Origin: Octopus sinensis
Lineage: Eukaryota
Reading direction: 5' to 3'
Assembly: GCF_006345805.1 (NCBI RefSeq)
Contig: NW_021827857.1
Span: forward strand, 1 to 9,744
Length of the DNA stretch: 9,744 nucleotides
The notes beneath the pieces are model-generated. The model did no database searches and was not told the DNA's origin. It saw only the letters and a program-made list of their open reading frames with translations. Positions 1-8,204 of the stretch are shown piece by piece. Made by a program: the position numbers and the translations under genes. Every line of letters begins with the position of its first letter. Position 1 is the stretch's first letter.

Positions 1-88
1 TACACTCTACGAACACGTAACATGCATGTATACATATATACACACACTAACGTACATGATATTCATACATTTATACGTACACACACAG

Positions 89-95
<7 letters not shown>

Positions 96-157
<62 letters not shown>
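96..157. repeat. (CA)n microsatellite
   Basis: Near-perfect CA run with one CAAA interruption. Confidence 0.97.
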
Positions 158-447
158 AATAATTCCACGTAGATGAAAAGAAAATTTTAATTTTTAATAC
201 TTATATAATATTATCTGAAATAATACCAAAATGTCGGCAAGTCAATGGTGAAAAGTGTAATATTTTTCAAAAATATTGATTTTCGTATAAAAGCAAAAAC
301 AAAAAAAAAAAAAATACCTCAAAGAAAATGTTTGAAATAAAATGCAAAATTGCAATATAAAGTTTTAAAAGACGAAACAGTTAAAACTTCATGCAAAATT
401 GGATTGATTAATATGGAAGGAGAAACGGGACACAAAATGTGATTAAC

Positions 448-592
448 GTAGTAGCATCAGTAGTAGGAGTTGTAGTAATAGTAGTAGTATCTGTAATAAT
501 AGCAGGAGATGTTGTGGTAGTGATAGTAGTAGAGGTGGTAGTATTAGTAGTGGTATTTGTTATTGTTATAGTTGTGGTTGTAATGTTTTTTT
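448..592. repeat. Degenerate (GTA)n/(GTN)n trinucleotide repeat
   Basis: gtagtagcatcagtagtaggagttgtagtaatagtagtagta... has 3-nt periodicity with many substitutions. Confidence 0.85.
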
Positions 593-677
593 TGTAGGTG
601 AATGATATACGTACTTAATAGAATAGATTTTTTTAAAGTGACTTTTAACACCAAATAAATTAATAGTCAATCATATT

Positions 678-1135
678 GAGAGAATGAGAGAAAGAGAGAA
701 AGGGAGAGAAAGGCGAGAGATGGTGAATAACAGATATAAAGCAAGTGGATAAAGAGAGAGAGAAAGAGAGAGAGAGAAAGAGAGAGACAAAGAGAGACGG
801 TGAATAACAGATATAAAGCAAGTGGATAAAGAAAGAAAGAGTGAGAGAGATGGTGAGAAAGACTGATACAAAAAGCATAAAGCAAAAGGGATATTGAGAG
901 AAAGAAAGAGAGAGAAAGAGAGAGAGAGGGGGATAAGAGAAAGAGAGAAAGAAGGACAGAGACAGGTTAGGAAAGGAGAGAAGAAAGTGAAAGAGAAAAG
1001 AAAAGACACAGGTTTACTGCATGACTAGTGGAAAAAGAAAGAGAGCCAGACAGAGAGAGACAAAAGAAGAGGTTGAAATAGAGAGAAACAAGAGAGAGAG
1101 AGAGAGAGAGAGAGTAGGGAGAGATAGAGAGTGAT
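678..1135. repeat. Degenerate (GA)n/(GAAA)n polypurine tract
   Basis: The + strand is strongly purine-dominated over about 450 nt. It generates the S/L/F-rich minus-strand ORFs in the track. Confidence 0.9.
722..831 (+). repeat. 33-nt exact direct repeat, 2 copies 77 nt apart
   Basis: ggtgaataacagatataaagcaagtggataaag occurs at 722-754 and 799-831. Confidence 0.92.
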
Positions 1136-1318
1136 AACAGATGAAACAAATTGAAGATGAGACCATAAAACAAACGTAAAATTAAACAAAAAAAAACGAA
1201 AACAGTGGAAAGCAAGATGGATGTCAATCAGAAGAAATATATTTATTTTTTCTTAGGAAATTATGTTTGTATATATTCGGAATCATATATTAGCTCTGAG
1301 CTAGGCTCTGTTGCCCAC

Positions 1319-1342
1319 AAACACACACACATACACACACAT

Positions 1343-1403
<61 letters not shown>

Positions 1404-1517
1404 CACACACTCGCACACAGACACACACGCATGCACACATACACACATACATGCACATATGCATACATACATACATACATACATACCTACATATATATTA
1501 CATATATATATAATATA
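1319..1517. repeat. Compound (CA)n-(CATA)n-(TA)n microsatellite
   Basis: Read directly from the sequence. Confidence 0.95.
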
Positions 1518-1871
1518 CATGGTGCAGTGGCTAAAACAGTCTGGAACGGCTAAACAAAAAAAAAGGAAAAAAAGAAAATATCTACAGACAAAGTTGGCTA
1601 TTTTGAGATCGATGGTTATAAGAATATTGGTGAAGCTTAAAAATTTTATTTCGTTTTTGGATTTGATTTCCAAGATTCTTTATGTGAGTTCGTGTGTTGA
1701 AGCATATTCTGTTGTGTCTGGGGAGAGTCACTTTCTTTTTACGTCTTATAATTTAACACACTCATCGGTAAAATATCCACTTATTTCTTATTTTTATTTT
1801 CCTAAAATTTTCGTTGCGTTTTGCAACCTTTTCAATAGTCTTGACTCTGCGTTCCTTTTTGTTCGTTAAAA

Positions 1872-2160
1872 ATTTAAACAGCCACTAAATTTAAGCACAA
1901 CCGGCCAGATATTGTGTGGGACAACAGGGAAAGAAATGTTGATGAAGAGTTTGCAAACCCAGTACGCATGATACACTTTCATCTTTATAACTATTAACAT
2001 TTGAACCGCATGACGCGTACCAACCCGTCTGGAGCTAAGTATGGTGGAATTTGGGTTCTTGGTGAAAGTATGCATCTCCTTGATTCATACACTACAAATT
2101 ATTACAATATCTGGAAGTACAAAGAACTGCAAGACCTTTTCAGGATTTAAAGGATGATGA
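1872..2160 (+). mobile_element. Decayed 3' end of an RLE-clade non-LTR retrotransposon (R4/Dong, NeSL or CRE-like), C-terminal endonuclease region
   Basis: From 1872 the frame reads I*TATKFKHNRPDIVWDNRE, containing the RPDI(V) motif that opens the RLE PD-(D/E)xK domain. After a frame change, 1939-2157 reads LMKSLQTQYA*YTFIFITINI*TA*RVPTRLELSMVEFGFLVKVCISLIHTLQIITISGSTKNCKTFSGFKG*. This is colinear with the RLE C-terminal pattern as I recall it (LQxxYxxYxFxFIPxIIGALGxV...LxxLGF...LIxxLQI..I.G..K.CKTF), with two of the in-frame TGA codons at expected Gly positions. Confidence 0.75.
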
Positions 2161-2206
2161 ACCATGCAAAATGTTTTCCCTTACAGCGTTGCTACAAAGC
2201 ACGTCA

Positions 2207-2302
2207 TACGTACGTACGTACCTACCGACCGACCGACCTACCTACCTACCTACCTACCTACCTACCTACCTACCTACCTACCTAACTACCTACCTACCTA
2301 CA

Positions 2303-2335
<33 letters not shown>

Positions 2336-2376
2336 GCATACATAATACATTCTTCCTCCATACATACATGTACATA
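2207..2376. repeat. Compound tetranucleotide array (TACG)n-(GACC/TACC)n-(TACA)n
   Basis: Read directly from the sequence. Confidence 0.95.
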
Positions 2377-2564
2377 CTCTTTACTATATTACTCGCTTCA
2401 GTCATTTGACTTCGGCCATGCTGGAGCACCGCCTTTAGTCGAGCAAATCGACCCCAGGACTTATACTTTGTAACCTAGTACTTATTCTATTGGTCTCTTT
2501 TGCCGAACCGCTAAGTTACGGGCGTAAACACTACAGCATCACTTGTCAAACGATGTTGGGGGGG

Positions 2565-2623
<59 letters not shown>

Positions 2624-2775
2624 CGTATACGACGGGCTTCTTTCAGTTTCCCTCTACCAAATCCACTCACAAGGCTTTGGTCGGCCCGAGGCTATGGTAG
2701 AAGACACTTGCCCAAGGTTCCACGCAGTGGGACTGAACCTGAAACCGTGTGGTTGGTAAGCAAGCTACTTACCAC
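2377..2775 (-). mobile_element. tRNA-derived SINE, family A, copy 1, with internal (TA)n(TG)n microsatellite
   Basis: The minus strand starts GTGGTAAGTAGCTTGC and has a Pol III B-box-like GGTTCAGTCCC (+ strand 2729-2739). It aligns almost end to end with the inverted copy at 8810-9166 (e.g. GGTAGA..GAAACTGAAAGAAGCCCGTCG and GTCAAATGACTGAA). It resembles an abundant Octopus SINE from memory; no subfamily name is assigned. Confidence 0.88.
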
Positions 2776-2886
2776 GAAAAATATTTTTAATTAAATGTCA
2801 ATTGAAAAAGATCAAAAGAAAACGAAACATGGAATTCTTCTCATTAGTTATGGAGACCTAAGATACAATCGTAGATTTGGCATGAT

Positions 2887-2899
2887 GTTGTTGTTGTTG

Positions 2900-2933
<34 letters not shown>
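2887..2933. repeat. (TTG)n-(TTA)n microsatellite directly 5' of SINE B1
   Basis: Read directly from the sequence. Confidence 0.95.
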
Positions 2934-2934
2934 G

Positions 2935-3176
2935 AAGGTGGTGAGCTGGCAGAATCGTTAGCACACTGGACGAAATGCTTAGCGGTACTTTGCCCGTAGC
3001 TACGTTCTGAGTTCAAATTCCGCCGAGGTCGACTTTGCCATTCATCCTTTCGGGGTCGATAAATTAAGTACCAGTGAAACACTGGGGTTGATGTAATCGA
3101 CTTAATCCTCTCCCCCAAGCTGTCCTAGTTACAAAAATTTGAAATCGTTATTATCATTTTTTTAATCATTATTATT
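2935..3176 (+). mobile_element. tRNA-derived SINE, family B, copy 1, with degenerate (ATT)n tail
   Basis: A-box-like TGGCAGAATCGT (2947-2958) and B-box-like GAGTTCAAATTCC (3009-3021). It aligns with copy 2 at 3177. The tail is ttattatcatt...attattatt. Confidence 0.85.
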
Positions 3177-3385
3177 AAGGCAGCGAGCTGGCATAATCGT
3201 TAGCACGCTGGGTGAAATGCTTAGCGGCGTTTTGTCCGTCCTTTCCTTCTGAGTTCAATTTCCGCAGAAGTCGACTTTTCTTTTCATCTTTTCGGGATCG
3301 ATGAAATAATACCAGTTGTGTACTGGGGTATATATAATATATAGCCCCGCCCACAAATTCAGATCTTGTGCATTTAATAGAAAAG
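3177..3385 (+). mobile_element. tRNA-derived SINE, family B, copy 2, head-to-tail with copy 1
   Basis: AAGGCAGCGAGCTGGCATAATCGTTAGCACGCTGGGTGAAATGCTTAGCGG matches the head of copy 1. B-box-like GAGTTCAATTTCC at 3251-3263. Followed by a long (ATT)n. Confidence 0.85.
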
Positions 3386-3402
3386 ATTATTATCATTATT
3401 AC

Positions 3403-3471
<69 letters not shown>
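3386..3471. repeat. (ATT)n microsatellite, about 28 units, shared by the SINE B2 tail and the LINE 3' flank
   Basis: Read directly from the sequence, with two early substitutions. Confidence 0.97.
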
Positions 3472-3833
3472 GAGTTTTTCTTCTTCTTTCAAATTTGCTT
3501 CCATTTCTTGCCGAGTGTCTTCCCGACTCCTAGGGCAAAGAAACTCATAGTATACATTGGTAGGCCATTAAACTAAACTCACTAGTTCGTTCATTTTTTT
3601 TTTTTGATAAAAATAAAGTTAATTAAAATACATGGTTAGTAATAGTTCTCACATCGACAATGCTCTTCTCAATACGTGTGTGATGTACCAGTTAAGACAA
3701 TCTTTTGCACTTCTTGCAGGGATGGTAAGCCAGGGATCATTCTCATATAATTTTCGGTTCCCTTCTTGATCATTCCTAGTGCTCCTACGATCACTGGTAT
3801 TGTAACCGCCTTGAGATGTCACATTTTCTCAAT
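3472..3833 (-). mobile_element. 5'-truncated R4/Dong-like RLE non-LTR retrotransposon: C-terminal coding relic (3649-3833) plus putative 3' UTR (3472-3648)
   Basis: The minus strand from 3833 reads IEKM*HLKAVTIPVIVGALGMIKKGTENYMRMIPGLPSLQEVQKIVLTGTSH, then after a 2-nt CA slip near 3675-3682 continues VLRRALSM*. IPVIVGALG and the QKxVLxGTxHxLRRxL ending are characteristic of R4/Dong-type RLE C-termini. The TGA at 3819-3821 is probably a mutated TGG. (TAA)n flanks both ends. The 3' UTR extent is inferred from the position of the repeat. Confidence 0.85.
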
Positions 3834-3856
3834 TATTATTATTATTATTATTATTA
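3832..3856. repeat. (ATT)n microsatellite at the LINE 5' junction
   Basis: Read directly from the sequence, about 8 units. Confidence 0.95.
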
Positions 3857-4036
3857 GCAATAGCAGAATTATTAATATTGATAGTATTATTGATGTTGCT
3901 TTGTGACCGTTTTTCTATCTCTTTTTGCTTCATTCCTCATGTTTAGCTGATGTTATTACTTTTGTGCTTATTGTAATTACTATTGATGCGCTCGTTGCTG
4001 TTCGAGATCTATAACTATCACTTCCAGCCACATGAA

Positions 4037-4354
<318 letters not shown>

Positions 4355-4556
4355 TGCACATACATATATATAAGTGTGTATTTATGTATGCGTATATATA
4401 TGCACACACACACACGCATACACACACACACGCATACACACACACACACATATTTTAATGTACATATGTATATATATATGTATATGTATACACACACATA
4501 TTTATATATATATATATATGAAGATAGATATGTATTTTTGTATATACACACATATA
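4355..4556. repeat. Mixed (TA)n/(CA)n low-complexity tract
   Basis: Read directly from the sequence. Confidence 0.88.
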
Positions 4557-4642
4557 TGTTTCAAAAAGATATTTTGTATTCAATGCGCATTCATATTTCC
4601 TCGTCTTAACACTAGAACAAGATATTAAATAAAAGCTACATT

Positions 4643-4701
<59 letters not shown>
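4643..4701. repeat. Perfect (TAC)n microsatellite, about 19 units
   Basis: Read directly from the sequence. Confidence 0.98.
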
Positions 4702-5003
4702 TCACAAAGGACAGCAGAAGCCAGACCAAAGAACAACAATAATAGCAACGGCATTCAAACATATCTAAAAGAAACACTGGTAAACATCATAAGTTCATTT
4801 ATAATCATATCCAATAATATCAAAATATATTTGTGTTCCTCTTTATTTTAAAACATTGTCAATTATTTGTGTTTATATTATTTTTTTTTTTCTGTATTAA
4901 TATATTGTTATTGTTTTCGATTTTTTTTTTCTGTAAGTTTTATTTAAAAATGTTTTTAAGCCGTATGAGGTTCAAACACGAGGAATAAAGATGGAAATTC
5001 AGG

Positions 5004-5208
5004 CAGACCAGACAGACAGACGGACAAACCCACACACACAGAGACATACGCAAACGCTCGTCACTCCTGCGACAAACGCAACAATTGACACATACCTACG
5101 TAATCAAATGTTTATACACCCATTGTATATTCATATATAGTAACTCACACGCACACACACATATACACAAACACACACAAACACAGAGACATGCAGACAC
5201 ACACACAC

Positions 5209-5243
<35 letters not shown>

Positions 5244-5600
5244 AGAGAGAGACATACAGACACACACACACACACAAACACACACAAACACACAAAAACA
5301 CATGCACACACATGTACACACATGTATGTATGTATATATGCGTTTGTCTATATGTGTGTATATCTATCTATCTTTTTATCTACACCCGTGTGTGTGTGTA
5401 TATATATATGCATACATACATATATTTAAACCCATTTAATCTTATAGACATATGTATGTGTATACATATGCTTACACATCATATGTATGTACACACATAC
5501 ACACACTATATATATATATATATGTATATAAATATGCGTACCCTTAAATACACACACACACACACAACACGGACACACAAACACACACACACACACACAC
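5004..5600. repeat. Degenerate (CAGA)/(CA)n/(GA)n/(TA)n/(TG)n low-complexity region
   Basis: Several interrupted dinucleotide runs separated by short unique spacers. Confidence 0.85.
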
Positions 5601-5631
5601 AAATACATGTATATTTATTCACAGAAGCGCA

Positions 5632-5702
<71 letters not shown>

Positions 5703-5718
5703 TTATCTATCTATCTAC

Positions 5719-5778
<60 letters not shown>
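5632..5778. repeat. (TATC)n microsatellite
   Basis: Near-perfect, with three point interruptions. Confidence 0.97.
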
Positions 5779-6283
5779 ACGCTAGTTTTATCAATATATA
5801 CAAAACGATAAGCTATGAAAATTTCTTGTTGCTACCCGTTGATTTTTCGTTATTTTCTTCCACATAGATTAGCTCTTACATATTCACAGTTACATATATG
5901 AATTTAATAGTATTTTAGAATTAATATTTAACTGATATTGGATAAACACAGAGCAATGGAAACCAGTCTGAAAGAAAGATATAAATGAATATATCCCTGA
6001 GTAAGTCATCTCCTGGTGTCAATGCAGAAAATCCAGTCAGAACATAACTCAAACGGGGAGACGTCTTTGATAGTTAATGGGGAGTTTGATGGAATGCTTA
6101 GGTTCAGGGTCACCCAGAAGAGTAACTGAAAATGTGTGTGTGTGCGTGTGGGGTGGTTGCTGGTGGCGTAGAGGGACTGGATAAAATGCAGGAATCACAG
6201 GGAAAAGTATTTGAATTTAGATAGATGAGAAAAAAGAATACGTAGGCGGGCATGTGGATAACGAGGTAGTGAGTAAAGGGAAG

Positions 6284-6715
6284 AAGGGCATTGTTGAGTG
6301 AAAAAGACATTAGGAAGGCCAGAAACAGTTTCTCAGAGAGAACATGCAAGGCATTCAAGAAAGAAGTTATTACATAGCGACGTGCAACTGTTACAGAGGT
6401 TGCAAATGTTATGGGTATGTTGCTGTATTGCATAAGAAAATATTTAAAGACGTTGGATATCAACGAAGAGTTGCAAGACGGAAGCCAATGATCTTAAAGG
6501 CAAATAAGACCTATGGAATTTTAGGACAAGGAAGACAAGTGTTGGTCATTTATAATCAGGTTCGACGGAAGTAAATTTTGCTAGTTTTTAAAATTTGGTG
6601 GAGTTATATATGTGTGGCATAACAAAAGAGAAACATAGGAACTAGATGATCTGCAAGGAACAGACGAAGATGAAGTTGTGTTATGGGGGAGCAGTTTGGC
6701 AAAAGGAAAATCATG
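6284..6715 (+). pseudogene. Decayed Tc1-family transposase (second HTH region through the first catalytic Asp)
   Basis: Joining frames gives KGIVE*KRH / GRPETV (6313) / SERTCKAFKKEVIT*RRATVTEVANVMG / GYQRRVARRKPMILKANK (6455) / WSFIIRFDGSKFC*FLKFGGVIYVWH (6543-6620)...ET*ELDDLQGT...VVLWGSSLAKG. This follows the Tc1 motif order GRPR ... GY..RVARKKP ... W..V.WSDESKF ... G..YVWR ... V.VWG. It has multiple stops and frameshifts. Confidence 0.85.
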
Positions 6716-6756
6716 CACACACACACACACACATACACACACAGAAAAACACATAC

Positions 6757-6808
<52 letters not shown>

Positions 6809-6843
6809 CTCATACCACACACACAAACACACACGCACACACT
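6716..6843. repeat. Interrupted (CA)n microsatellite
   Basis: Read directly from the sequence. It begins exactly where the Tc1 similarity stops. Confidence 0.95.
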
Positions 6844-7494
6844 TGACACCATCGTTAGAAGGGAATATTCAACCAAATTTCAAAGCCTAAGTTTTCATCT
6901 TAAAGTTATGTTTGAAACTTCATCTCTAGCCATGCAAAAGAATAAATAAATAAATAAAAACAAAACAAAAATGAAAGCAAAAAACCAAAGAGAGGTTTGA
7001 GATAAAGATGTAAGAGATGGTCAAACAGGTTCCAAGAGTTGTAGAACAAATAGCCGCCTGATAAGGAAGGTCGCTTGTGATGGACTTGTATGCCGTTTCA
7101 TTTTCTTTTCTGATTGCTTTTTTGAGTTGTTTTGTGAAGTTACATTAGTTTTACAAACAAAAATCTAAAAAATAAAAGCGATTTTCTGTCAATATATTTA
7201 CGTTCGATATTTCACTTGAATAATGCATTCAAGTTCCTAAACAATTAAATCTATAAACTAGCTATAAATTTATAATTAAAAAAATGCCAATTGTCTTCTT
7301 GTTTCATTGCATCAACACTTACTAAACAATAATATTTCACCTAAATACGTTTCCAAATTTCTAAATATTTCACTGATTCACAAAACATACGAAGTTAAAA
7401 CATCAATATTCTTTGGAAAATTTAAAGAGGATTTTGCCCCAAATTGTAAAATGCTAAGTATTCCTACTTAGCATCAAACACGTCATATATGACA

Positions 7495-7981
7495 GTTATC
7501 ATGCACTTTTTCTTGGTATAAAAGATGGGCTACAGCAAATGTTCTGCTCAATATCACAGATTTACTTGTCGATTGCTTGACCTTGACCAGTTGAGCATGT
7601 CGCTTAGTGGCTGACGATATGTGCATCTCTGATCAGAAGCGGAAGTAGTGGGGGAGCATCATAGCCATGTGTTGAGAGGAATTCTTTGGGGTTTGGATAA
7701 TTCAGCTCTGGAAACGGGTGTTTTGTTCATCATCTTTAAACAACCTTTATTTAGAGACCTTTTGAGTGGGATGGGCTACTCGACCTGAAGAAAATTCTAA
7801 CTGGGTCCCACCTACAAGGTAATGTGCTGTTAATCTTGATATAAGATTACCATGTCACGCACATATGTCTGTGATGCATGTGCCTGGTGTACCCATCAGA
7901 CGGGTAGTCATGGTGGGTATACTGGGCTTCATATATTTTACCTCAGTGTCACTTTGATGGCTTGCTCTGCTCTCTCACTCA
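7495..7981. mobile_element. Unclassified interspersed repeat, probably non-coding
   Basis: A higher-GC, complex block inside AT-rich DNA, ending GCTCTCTCACTC and running into a microsatellite. It resembles an abundant Octopus repeat from memory only. It has no second copy in the window and I found no recognisable protein motif. Confidence 0.45.
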
Positions 7982-8100
7982 CTCACTCACTGACTCATAC
8001 ATACATAGATGCATGCATACATACATACATATGTATGTTTATATATATATATTTTTTTTTTTTATATGTATATATGTATGTATACACAGACACACAAACA
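7975..8100. repeat. (ACTC)n-(CATA)n-(TA)n-poly(T) low-complexity tract
   Basis: Read directly from the sequence. Confidence 0.88.
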
Positions 8101-8204
8101 TAAGGTGCATTCCAGAAGTTTTCATACTTTTTCAGGAGAAATATTTATTAATTTCAAAACTGTACGGATCTCTAATCTCCTTCAATGTAGGATCCTCTGA
8201 CGTC
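8101..8204 (-). mobile_element. Probable mariner right end: last codons, 3' UTR and TIR
   Basis: The minus strand at 8204-8172 reads DVRGSYIEGD*, like the mariner C-terminus KCIxxxGxY(F/I)EGD*. About 70 nt later it ends AAAACTTCTGGAATGCACCT-TA, a mariner-TIR-like end next to a TA. The match is short and no partner TIR is present in the window. Confidence 0.55.

Noticed and set aside
370-447. aaaacttcatgcaaaattggattg...acgggacac, vaguely like non-autonomous Helitron/Helentron ends
   Set aside because: Only a loose resemblance from memory. No termini or second copy support it.
1358-1416. Repeated ctcgcac interruption 52 nt apart in the CA tract
   Set aside because: Ordinary slippage duplication within a microsatellite.
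2231-2300. Telomere-like (TAGG)n on the minus strand
   Set aside because: It is part of a TACN compound microsatellite and is not the TTAGGG or TTAGG repeat.
2935-3030. Functional tRNA genes at the SINE heads (also 2720-2775 and 8810-8860)
   Set aside because: A- and B-box-like motifs are present, but there is no cloverleaf and each continues into a SINE body.
5868-6000. Possible exon between the acceptor ttttcttccacatAG (5867) and the donor GTAAGT (6001)
   Set aside because: All three frames contain stops and the composition is intron-like. A UTR exon cannot be supported without RNA data.
7451-7495. Helitron 3' terminal hairpin
   Set aside because: No CTRR terminus at the expected distance on either strand.
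7611-7655. Hammerhead ribozyme core CTGACGA
   Set aside because: No stem II followed by GAAA and no closing stems could be built.
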